Source of the DNA: an uncultured Oscillospiraceae bacterium
GTDB lineage: Bacteria; Bacillota; Clostridia; Oscillospirales; Oscillospiraceae
Reading direction: 5' to 3'
DNA: 56,067 bases
Assembly (NCBI GenBank): GCA_964514175.1
Contig: CAZEPQ010000001.1
Span: forward strand, 1 to 56,067
Below the pieces are notes generated by a model, which searched no databases, was not told the DNA's origin, and saw nothing but the letters and a program-made list of their open reading frames with translations. A program made the position numbers and the translations under genes. Shown piece after piece: positions 48,098 to 55,652 of the stretch (positions are counted from its first letter, which is position 1; each line of letters begins with the position of its first letter).

Positions 48098-48152
48098 AAC
48101 AAAAGACCTCCCAAAAGTAGACCTTGGTATTTCCTTGGTTTACTTTGGGAGG
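48098..48152 (-). terminator. terminator after the CoA-transferase gene
   Basis: Stem cctcccaaaagta / tactttgggagg (one bulge) followed on the minus strand by CTTTTG. Confidence 0.5.
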
Positions 48153-48209
48153 ATCTTATTACAGATTATCGTCCGGTCTTTATGTGCAATGCGGCACCGC
48201 CTTCTTGCA

Positions 48210-49517
48210 TCAAATATATCCCAGCTTTTTCGCTTCAAACCGCAATTCATCCCGGAACGCCGGGTGGGCAATCTGGATCAACTGCATAGCTCGTTCCTTC
48301 ACCGTGCGGCCACGCATATATGCCACACCGTACTCGGTGATGATGATATCCGCAATATTCCGGGAAATGGTCACCACAGAACCGGGTGTCAGGATGGGCT
48401 TGATCTTGGAGATCGTCCCGCTCTTAGCCGTGGATGCAATGGCAATGATTCCCCGGCCTCCTTTGGAGTGCTGCGCACCGTATGCAAAGTCAAAAGCACC
48501 ACCGGTACCGGAATACTGCTTCGGGCCCATTGTCTCTGAGCAGATCTGTCCAGTCAGGTCAATTTCCATAGCAGTATTGATGGAAACCATGTTATCGATG
48601 CGGGAAATTACGAAGGGATCGTTGGTATAGCTGGCCTGCCGAAACCAGGTTTGGGGATTGGAAGACATGATGCGGTAAAGCTTTTCATCCCCAAGAATGA
48701 AGTTGCCCACATGCTTTCCAGTGTCTATATTCTTTCTGGCACCGGTAATAACACCCGCCTCGATCAGATCGCCCATGACCGGCGTGAACAGCTCTGTGTG
48801 CAGGCCCAGATCGTGCTTATCAAAGAAGGAGTTACCCACGGCATCCGGCATGCCTCCCAGCCCCAACTGAATGCAATCTCCATCGTGAACAAACTCTGCG
48901 GCGTAAGCGCCAATTTGCAGATCTATCGCACTGGGCGTGCTTCGCACGTTGTAGATGGTGGCAGGATAATCTGCCTCTACGATCAGATCTACATTCTCCA
49001 GCGGAATCTCCAGCGCACCGGGGAACCGGGGCAGATTGGGACTAACCTCTAGTATCACCGTTTCTGCGTGAAGATAGGCGTCTTCCTCCCACATGCCACT
49101 GCCGGAGATTGAGAAATCTCCGTTTTCGTCCATAGGTGTAGCCGCGGCGATAAATTTGTGAACGATAGGCTTGTAGTCCGTTCTCCGCCGCATCATGTCA
49201 TGGAGGTTAGAGGGAAGATGAGATGCAATCCCCATCTCATGGCACCTGCGCAGTGCTCCGTCGTAGAGGTGGCAGACCAGATTCAGGCGCCCCTTCAACT
49301 CCGGCATCTCCATAAAGGGATAAACGTATCCGCTGCCCCGTTTTCCTTTAACAAGCTCAATGTCCTGCAGCTTCGGTGCAACCCGGTGAAAATTCTCGTA
49401 GAACAACTGCGGCTCACAGAGCTCGCCGCCTCCGCAGATTACATCCCCGTCCTGTAACAGGGCAAGCATGTCTTCCACAGTACCAGTTTTATTTATATAT
49501 TCTTTCTGCAAATCCAC
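48210..49517 (-). CDS. acetyl-CoA hydrolase/transferase family protein (4-hydroxybutyrate / butyryl-CoA:acetate CoA-transferase type)
   Basis: 435 aa. GDCIQLGLGGMPDAV, NTAMEIDLTGQICSE (catalytic Glu region) and SGTGGAFDFAYGA motifs. GTG start with GGAGG 11 nt upstream. Confidence 0.85.
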   Translation of the reverse strand: MDLQKEYINKTGTVEDMLALLQDGDVICGGGELCEPQLFYENFHRVAPKLQDIELVKGKRGSGYVYPFMEMPELKGRLNLVCHLYDGALRRCHEMGIASHLPSNLHDMMRRRTDYKPIVHKFIAAATPMDENGDFSISGSGMWEEDAYLHAETVILEVSPNLPRFPGALEIPLENVDLIVEADYPATIYNVRSTPSAIDLQIGAYAAEFVHDGDCIQLGLGGMPDAVGNSFFDKHDLGLHTELFTPVMGDLIEAGVITGARKNIDTGKHVGNFILGDEKLYRIMSSNPQTWFRQASYTNDPFVISRIDNMVSINTAMEIDLTGQICSETMGPKQYSGTGGAFDFAYGAQHSKGGRGIIAIASTAKSGTISKIKPILTPGSVVTISRNIADIIITEYGVAYMRGRTVKERAMQLIQIAHPAFRDELRFEAKKLGYI

Positions 49518-49740
49518 AGTGTAAAATACCTCCTCATTTTAGCTCCGCTAATATCATATCACAAACCGCCAAGCATTCGCAAGGAACGAAATATGACCTT
49601 TAAACTTTGCGGCCGCCTTTCTGTTTTGCGTCTTTTTCTCTTCTAATCTCCATTGTACCCTTTTGCGTCCTCTTTGGGGGCGCTTATTTTTTCGCACATT
49701 TCCTTTTTGCTCAATACAAAATCGTGACACTTTTGCATAT

Positions 49741-49772
49741 GAAAAATTCCGGCAGCGAAACCGCTGCCGGAA
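49741..49772 (-). terminator. rho-independent terminator after NTF2-C copy 3
   Basis: 11-bp stem ttccggcagcg / cgctgccggaa followed on the minus strand by TTTTT. Lies 14 nt after the stop at 49786. Confidence 0.7.
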
Positions 49773-49785
49773 CGGATGTAAGCTA

Positions 49786-50790
49786 TCAGGGTTTCTTCTT
49801 GGGCTGAGCACCCTTGTTCTCACCCAAACCTACGCAGTAGTGAACCTTCACATCATCCAGCGTAACGAAGGGTTCCGGCCAAGGGGTGGAATCCTGTGCA
49901 GGCTGAACGGGAGACCAGGTCTGGTGGGATGCGGGCAATCTGCCCTGCTTGGGGCCCTCTGCCATCTTGGAATAGGCCTGCCCCTTCTTGGGGGCACTGC
50001 TGGGACCACCAGGAGCACCGCCAGGACCACCAGGAGCACCGCCGGGACCGCCGGGAACACCGCCAGGACCACCTGCTGCACCAGGCGCACCACCAGGACC
50101 GCCGGGAGCACCGCCAGGACCACCGGGAGCACCGCCAGGACCACCTGCTGCACCAGGCGCACCACCAGGACCGCCAGGGCCACCACCATTGCCGCCGGGC
50201 TGGGGACGTCCGCCGCCCTTAAACTTATTGTAGCAGTCAATGGCAAAGTTGGTAACATCCTGTGCACCGCCAGCATCATTGAGCACGCACTCGTGGAGGA
50301 TCTTCCAGAAACCATCCTCACGGACGTAGTCCTCACCGTAACGTTCCAGCATCCAGACAGCCATCTGCTTACCGCTGGTGGAGATACGGCGGTAGAGCAT
50401 ACCGGTGGAGTAGAACAGGGCACGGGCGGTCAAGAGATCCTCGCCAACCTCAACGATGGGAGTACCAATGGCGTGGAGAGAATACTCGGAAAGAGGCAGG
50501 GGATCCATATTCACGGTCTCGGGATACATCTCGTTGAAAACCTCAAACATCCGGCGGCCACCGCCCTCAAGACCATTGGCCCAGTTGGTCATAACTTCGT
50601 CACGGCCATAGTTGCCGGTCATATTGTAGCCCCAGTACAGGTCATCCCGGTACTTGGCCCAGAAAGTTTCGATCTCCTCGGTGGTGTGGCCGGAGGCATG
50701 AAGGATCGCATGCCATGCGTGAACCTTTTCACAGTTCTGACCAGCTTCAATTATGGCCAGCTTTGTCTCTAAATCAATGTTTTTTCTCAT
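49786..50790 (-). CDS. NTF2-like protein, subfamily C, copy 3, with long (GGPGGAP)n repeat
   Basis: AAGGAGGG RBS. VEVGEDLLT, LERYGEDYVREDGFWKILHECV, a ~65 aa Gly/Pro tract, and tail PWPEPFVTLDD. Confidence 0.7.
   Translation of the reverse strand: MRKNIDLETKLAIIEAGQNCEKVHAWHAILHASGHTTEEIETFWAKYRDDLYWGYNMTGNYGRDEVMTNWANGLEGGGRRMFEVFNEMYPETVNMDPLPLSEYSLHAIGTPIVEVGEDLLTARALFYSTGMLYRRISTSGKQMAVWMLERYGEDYVREDGFWKILHECVLNDAGGAQDVTNFAIDCYNKFKGGGRPQPGGNGGGPGGPGGAPGAAGGPGGAPGGPGGAPGGPGGAPGAAGGPGGVPGGPGGAPGGPGGAPGGPSSAPKKGQAYSKMAEGPKQGRLPASHQTWSPVQPAQDSTPWPEPFVTLDDVKVHYCVGLGENKGAQPKKKP
50010..50215 (-). repeat. imperfect tandem coding repeat (72-nt super-period built from 15/21-nt GGPGG / APGGPGG units)
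   Basis: acctgctgcaccaggcgcaccaccaggaccgcc occurs at 50071 and again at 50143. All six reading frames stay open across the tract. Confidence 0.8.
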
Positions 50791-50802
50791 GATGATCCCT
50801 CC

Positions 50803-51570
50803 TTAGCCTTTGTAGCCCGGGTTGCCCTCCAGGCCATTGCTGATGGTATCCGCGAAGGTCGCATGCTCCATGGTAAGCTCCGGATAGGGGAAGTAGTTGT
50901 AGAAAGAGGTATATGCCTCGAACTTCTCCGTGGGCTCGCCAAATTCCTTCTCCAGATACTTGTCGCAGGGAGTAGTCTCCTCGGTCTTCAGAGTGGCATA
51001 GGGGAAGCCGGGACGCAGGGCAAAGTCTGTACCTGCGAAATAGTGCCAGATCTTCCACTGACCATCCTCGTAAACCAGGTCAGCGCCGCAGCGCTGGTTG
51101 TCCCAGTAGCAGTCGGTCTCGGTGTCGTTTGCGGGGTTGATCTCATAACCAATGGAATACCATGTGACCTGAGCGGTCTTGTTATCGTCAGAGATGACGA
51201 TCATATAGGTGGTAAAGGGATGGCAGACATCGGTGCCTACGCCGCCGAAGGGATTGCTGTCCACATAGTACTTACGGATATTCTCAATACCCACATAGTA
51301 GCCCCAGTTACGGCCATAGGAAGCAGTGTCAGCCTGCTCCTTGGTCCACAGGGTATCGATAATCTCAGCGCGACGGTTGGCATGCTCCAGATAAGCCTTT
51401 TTGGAGAGGACCTTCTTTACTTCCTCCACCTGGTAGGCGCGCCAAGCACGAACTTCGGGAGAGAAGTCCTCGGGCTTGGAATTACTGGGCTTCATATGAA
51501 TCATGGACTGGCACTCATATCTGTCATAAGTTCCGCCAAAGGCTTCATGGGTTGTATACTTGAATTCCAT
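50803..51570 (-). CDS. NTF2-like protein, subfamily B, copy 3
   Basis: LWTKEQADTASYGRNWGYYVGIENIRKYYV and EDGQWKIWHYF. GAGGAGG RBS. Confidence 0.7.
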   Translation of the reverse strand: MEFKYTTHEAFGGTYDRYECQSMIHMKPSNSKPEDFSPEVRAWRAYQVEEVKKVLSKKAYLEHANRRAEIIDTLWTKEQADTASYGRNWGYYVGIENIRKYYVDSNPFGGVGTDVCHPFTTYMIVISDDNKTAQVTWYSIGYEINPANDTETDCYWDNQRCGADLVYEDGQWKIWHYFAGTDFALRPGFPYATLKTEETTPCDKYLEKEFGEPTEKFEAYTSFYNYFPYPELTMEHATFADTISNGLEGNPGYKG

Positions 51571-51584
51571 TATTTAGCCTCCTC

Positions 51585-52310
51585 TCAAATACCGTAGCTG
51601 AAGGTCTCAGCCAGGGTGGTGTAAGGAACAGGCATCTGCGGTGGCTCCTGATAAGGCCGATCCACGCTGTATGCCTTATAAACTTCCTTCTGGACATTGG
51701 GAACAGGCTCAGGAATGTCGAAGGCAGCAAACTCTTTCAGCTCGGGATACTTGCTTTCTTCGGTCCAGGGCTCTGCACAGGGATGATCAATATCCACTGC
51801 GTACAGCAGGTTCATGATCTTCCACTCGCCGTCTTCAATAACCAGATCCGCAGCCATGTAACCGATCTTCCAAATACTCAGAGGGCCTCTGGAAGTGACG
51901 CGGGTATCTGCTGCCTGGAACTGCCAGAGCGCCTTGGCACTCTGCATATCCTCGGCTACTTCAATGATGGGAGAGTGCATATCGGTACCTTTGACATAGC
52001 CGGCACCAAACATCTCTTCCTCGGTCTTTCCCTTCACCTTGTCGTGGTCTGCCCACTTTTCCATAACAAGTTTGGTAAGCTTTTTGGCATTCTGAAGTTT
52101 CTGATCGTAGTAGCCCTTTACAGCCTCTGCGCCCTTAAAATAACCATTGTTAAATCCCAGGCACACATCCTCGCTCTTGCTCCAAAACTGGGGAACCAGA
52201 TCATAGTCTGCAAGCATGTCGCAGTGTGCGACTTTACCCACAATATTCTGGACCTCGCGAATGATCAGACAACGGTCTGCCATTTCCTGCGCCGTATACT
52301 GTTTGCTCAA
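51585..52310 (-). CDS. NTF2-like protein, subfamily A, copy 3
   Basis: TTG start at 52310, 7 nt after AAAGGAGGAA. FWSKSEDVCLGFNNGYFKGAEAVKGYY, GPLSIW, EDGEWKIMNLL, and tail PVPYTTLAETFSYGI. The longer ORF-track version (to 52577) has no RBS and would overlap the HxlR gene start. Confidence 0.7.
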   Translation of the reverse strand: MSKQYTAQEMADRCLIIREVQNIVGKVAHCDMLADYDLVPQFWSKSEDVCLGFNNGYFKGAEAVKGYYDQKLQNAKKLTKLVMEKWADHDKVKGKTEEEMFGAGYVKGTDMHSPIIEVAEDMQSAKALWQFQAADTRVTSRGPLSIWKIGYMAADLVIEDGEWKIMNLLYAVDIDHPCAEPWTEESKYPELKEFAAFDIPEPVPNVQKEVYKAYSVDRPYQEPPQMPVPYTTLAETFSYGI

Positions 52311-52551
52311 CGTAATTCCTCCTTTAATAATGTTTTCCGAGACCAAGTGAATCTCGGTCTTTCTATTTCTAAATTTACCTAGAACAAAGGAAAAGGTCAA
52401 GAACGCACATTTTGATGACAATGAGTAGTTTCCCCCATTTTGGGGTGTTTTCCGAACTTTTTGACACATTTGAAAAGAATGTGCGAGAATTGAAAAGCCG
52501 CAAAAAAGGGATATAAAGTATAATTTAATCAGGCAGAAAGGAGGCGTTGAC

Positions 52552-53163
52552 ATGGTCTTTGCACAGAATTCCGGCACACATCCCCATATGGACTCGCTAA
52601 ATGGGAAATGGAAATTGGAGCTTCTGTATCACCTTTCAAGGGGAACTGTCCGCTGGAGCACCCTGACCCACAGCATTCCAAAAGCCGCACCGAACGTACT
52701 GACCCGACAGCTTCGCAAGCTGGAGACAGACGGGCTGGTGCTGCGGATCGTTACCTCTGCCCAACCGCCTCAGGTCATTGAGTATACGCTGTCAGGCCAG
52801 GGACGCCGGCTCGTTCCTATGCTGGAAGCTCTGGCTCGCTGGGACAAAACCTATCACAAAAACACGGAAACCGCTCCGGACTTTTCTGACTGTCAACGTG
52901 TCCTGTCCAGTCGTTGGATGCTACCCATCCTAACGCTACTTTCTGTCCCCCTGCGCTTCGGGAGCATTCAGGCCCATTTTGAAAACCTCTCGCGCGGCGT
53001 ATTAGCCGCCCAACTGGGCGAGCTACGGGATATGGGCTTTGTTTATCAGAAGCGCTATGACATATTCCCACCTCGGGTTGAATACGTTCTGTCAGAAAAA
53101 GGACGTGATTTCCTGGATATCCTACTGCCGAATGCCACAAAAAAGCCTGCCGAAAATGCATAA
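52552..53163 (+). CDS. HxlR-type winged-helix regulator with two tandem HxlR domains
   Basis: First half GKWKLELLYHLSRGTVRWSTL...LTRQLRKLETDGLVLR...VIEYTLSGQG. Second half SRWMLPILTLLSVPLRFGSI...LAAQLGELRDMGFVYQ...RVEYVLSEKG. AAGGAGG RBS. Confidence 0.75.
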   Translation: MVFAQNSGTHPHMDSLNGKWKLELLYHLSRGTVRWSTLTHSIPKAAPNVLTRQLRKLETDGLVLRIVTSAQPPQVIEYTLSGQGRRLVPMLEALARWDKTYHKNTETAPDFSDCQRVLSSRWMLPILTLLSVPLRFGSIQAHFENLSRGVLAAQLGELRDMGFVYQKRYDIFPPRVEYVLSEKGRDFLDILLPNATKKPAENA

Positions 53164-53210
53164 ACGGGTGTGCTGCAAAAAGCCTTGCAGCACACCCGTT
53201 GGTCGTATTA

Positions 53211-54494
53211 TCATTTTTTCTGCCGTAGCTTACCGGGAGCCACTCCCTCCACATTGGTAAACGCACGGTACATGGTAGCCAAGCTACAGTAGCCCACTGC
53301 CTCTGCAATGTCCTGAACGGAATCATTTGTGGTCAGCAGCAATTCTTTGGCCTTCTTAACTCTGGTTCTATGCAGAACATCGTTGATGCTCTCACCAAAG
53401 TATTGCCGGAAGGACTCTGCCGCATCTCTGGGTTTGAGTTTAAATTCTCTTGCCACCGCTGCAATCCCCATGTTCATGTCCGTGGCGTTATTTTCTACAT
53501 ACTTCTTTATATCCCGCATAAGCCGATCGTGTCGCTGCTCCGAACGGAGTTTGGCATGCTCCACCAATCGCTGCGCAATGGTCTCGCTGACCGCAAGGTA
53601 GTCCTTCAAATTGTGCCGGGACACCAGTTCGCGGCTAAAGTCGATCTGGGAAATATATCTCCAATCCGCCAGGTCCTGCTCCGCCAGCCGGTATTGCAGC
53701 AGCGAAATAAACCGGTTGGTAGTGAGATCCAGCGTTGTGGGATAGGGCATGCCAATGCTGTTTTCGGCAATCTTCTGGAGTTGCTCCTGTATGTACTGCT
53801 GTGCAGTCTGAACATCTCCCGCCTGAACACTGCCGCAGATCCGCTCTGTTGACTGGAAGAATGTCTGCTCAAACTGAGAACGCTGTCGAACATCTGAAAG
53901 CTTGTCCAGGGCATTGTCTGGGATCACATAGGCCTGTGGTATCTTATCCACGTAGAAGTTCCGGCTCTTTTCCACATCCTGCAGCATATTGTAGGCGGTC
54001 TCTATTCCCTCAACCATCTCCCATCGGCCACTTACGGTAACGTAGGCCCGGAAGCCCAGCGCTTTCTGGGCATATTGCACTGCCTCACAACACGCCTCCG
54101 TCACCTTCTCATCCTGATCCCCGGTATAGAGAATGCCGAACATGTAGCCCATCAATAGCACCAAAATGCCACCGGGCGTATCCTTCAGCTCCACGACCAA
54201 ATGCTCCCGCAGGGCACTGTACATATTCAGCTGACAGTTGTGTCGATAGCGACCGGACAAGGCTCGGACTCCGGGCTCCGCCAAGGTATACTGCACCACG
54301 CGAAACGCCCTGTCAGGAAGATCAAACCCCAAATATCTCAGCCGATCCTGAATGTCCCTACCCATGGCGCCTGCTCTTAAAAGCAAAGCGCTGATGACAC
54401 CGTAAAGTTCATCCGGGATTGACTGCTGTGCATATGCGCCGACACCGATTATGGACGGATGATCGATATCCTGACACCAGTGTTGAAATTCCAT
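53211..54494 (-). CDS. AraC-family regulator with long receiver-less N-terminal domain (AraC-4)
   Basis: 427 aa. C-terminal HTH pair ...MGIAAVAREFKLKPRDAAESFRQ...VQDIAEAVGYCSLATMYRAFTNV. AGGAGGGGG RBS. Confidence 0.85.
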   Translation of the reverse strand: MEFQHWCQDIDHPSIIGVGAYAQQSIPDELYGVISALLLRAGAMGRDIQDRLRYLGFDLPDRAFRVVQYTLAEPGVRALSGRYRHNCQLNMYSALREHLVVELKDTPGGILVLLMGYMFGILYTGDQDEKVTEACCEAVQYAQKALGFRAYVTVSGRWEMVEGIETAYNMLQDVEKSRNFYVDKIPQAYVIPDNALDKLSDVRQRSQFEQTFFQSTERICGSVQAGDVQTAQQYIQEQLQKIAENSIGMPYPTTLDLTTNRFISLLQYRLAEQDLADWRYISQIDFSRELVSRHNLKDYLAVSETIAQRLVEHAKLRSEQRHDRLMRDIKKYVENNATDMNMGIAAVAREFKLKPRDAAESFRQYFGESINDVLHRTRVKKAKELLLTTNDSVQDIAEAVGYCSLATMYRAFTNVEGVAPGKLRQKK

Positions 54495-54752
54495 AATCCC
54501 CCTCCTGTCCTTATGCGGATAAGCTAGTGCAATTATACCACATTTTCATGAAAACAGATACCATTAATATGTATTTTTTGCAAACAATATGGGCTCCTCA
54601 AATCTCGCTCTGTCTTCTCATTTCCTGCGAAAAGGGGGCATATGCCCATTGTCACCGGTTTGTACCTTCTTGACGGAAGCCCATGATCTGGGGAATAATG
54701 GGGGTGTAATCGGAAACCAAGCGGACTTTCCACACGACAGGAGGAATTTATT

Positions 54753-55652
54753 ATGGCAGAAATCAAACGCTTTAACTTTAATCAGGTAGCAGCAGATCTC
54801 GGCTATGTGGCTGAGCCTACTCCCGGCGGACCCGGCGGTAAGCCCGCAGGCGGTCCTGGTGGTCCTGGCGGCGGTCCTGGCGGTCCTGGCGGTCCTGGCG
54901 GCGGCCCTGGTGGTCCCGGTGGTGCCCCTGGCGGTGGTCCTGGCGGTCCCGGTGGTGCCCCTGGCGGTCCCGGCGGCGGCCCTGGTGGTCCCGGTGGTGC
55001 CCCTGGCGGTGGTCCTGGCGGTGGTCCTGGCGGTCCCGGCGGCAAGCCTGCTGGCGGCGCTCCCAACTTCAGCGACCCCGAGCTTATCCGCAAGAATGCA
55101 CTCCGCTTTAAGGCTATGTGGCCCGATGAGCGGTCCATGAAGCTCATCAACGAGTATTTTGTTGATTACGAGAAGTCCGGCGAACCCATCGACTTCGAAG
55201 GCCACTCCATCTGCTGGGCTATGATCGCACTTCAGCAGAAACTTCTGAAGAATACCGTCTACATGTACATGCCGCCCTTCGGCAAGAGCCTGGATCTTGT
55301 CCCCATGAAGCGTGTAGCTGAGCCTCAGGATAACCCCATGATGAAGTTTGATGTTACAGAGCAGGGCGACGACGTCCGCATTGTTGTAACACTGTTGGGT
55401 GGCGGCAATCCCGATCCCTTCCAGATGCCTCTGAGCGACGTTGAGATCAAGGAAATCGGTTCCGGCAAGAACATCTGGCTGGAACTGGTGGGCGGACACT
55501 TCCTGTTCATGTTTGCTTTCCCCAAGACCTTTGGTGCAGACTGCAACACCATGTACTATAAAGAAGGCGGAGAGACTTGGTACTGCGTAGCTTCCAATAC
55601 CCCGGATGTCAACGTGGGCGACAAGCCTGAAAAGAGTCCCTTTGAGGCATAA
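54753..55652 (+). CDS. hypothetical protein: ~80 aa Gly/Pro repeat N-terminal region plus ~200 aa unknown C-terminal domain
   Basis: AGGAGG RBS. (GGPGG / APGG)n from residue ~24 to ~103, then a non-repetitive domain NFSDPELIRKNALRFKAMWPDERS...WYCVASNTPDVNVG. I recognised no family motif. Confidence 0.6.
   Translation: MAEIKRFNFNQVAADLGYVAEPTPGGPGGKPAGGPGGPGGGPGGPGGPGGGPGGPGGAPGGGPGGPGGAPGGPGGGPGGPGGAPGGGPGGGPGGPGGKPAGGAPNFSDPELIRKNALRFKAMWPDERSMKLINEYFVDYEKSGEPIDFEGHSICWAMIALQQKLLKNTVYMYMPPFGKSLDLVPMKRVAEPQDNPMMKFDVTEQGDDVRIVVTLLGGGNPDPFQMPLSDVEIKEIGSGKNIWLELVGGHFLFMFAFPKTFGADCNTMYYKEGGETWYCVASNTPDVNVGDKPEKSPFEA
54826..55060 (+). repeat. imperfect tandem coding repeat (75-nt super-period)
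   Basis: ggccctggtggtcccggtggtgcccctggcggtggtcctggcggt occurs at 54903 and again at 54978. Open in all frames on both strands. Confidence 0.8.

Noticed and set aside
47867-48630. ORFs of 140-168 aa in, and overlapping, the region between the VOC gene and the CoA-transferase gene.
   Set aside because: There are no RBS or family motifs, the composition is atypical, and they partly run antisense into the CoA-transferase 3-prime end. The segment contains the CoA-transferase terminator instead.
50010-50215. The repeat tract as a CRISPR array, or as a collagen-like triple-helix domain.
   Set aside because: The repeats are contiguous with no unique spacers and lie inside a coding frame, so this is not a CRISPR array. 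Gly is not kept at every third residue (units of 5 and 7 residues), so this is not a collagen G-X-Y domain.
49663-50772. 369-aa plus-strand ORF, plus several shorter ORFs through the GP repeat of NTF2-C3. The analogous 54618-55499 minus-strand ORF runs through the 54753 gene.
   Set aside because: The Gly/Pro repeat DNA has no stop codons in any frame, so it creates spurious ORFs. Only the frames with an RBS and non-repetitive conserved flanks were accepted.
51585-52577. The 330-aa version of NTF2-A3 given by the ORF track.
   Set aside because: The 5-prime extension has no RBS, is hydrophobic and low-complexity, would overlap the divergent HxlR gene start, and is absent from A1/A2. TTG at 52310 follows a perfect RBS and restores the A-family length.
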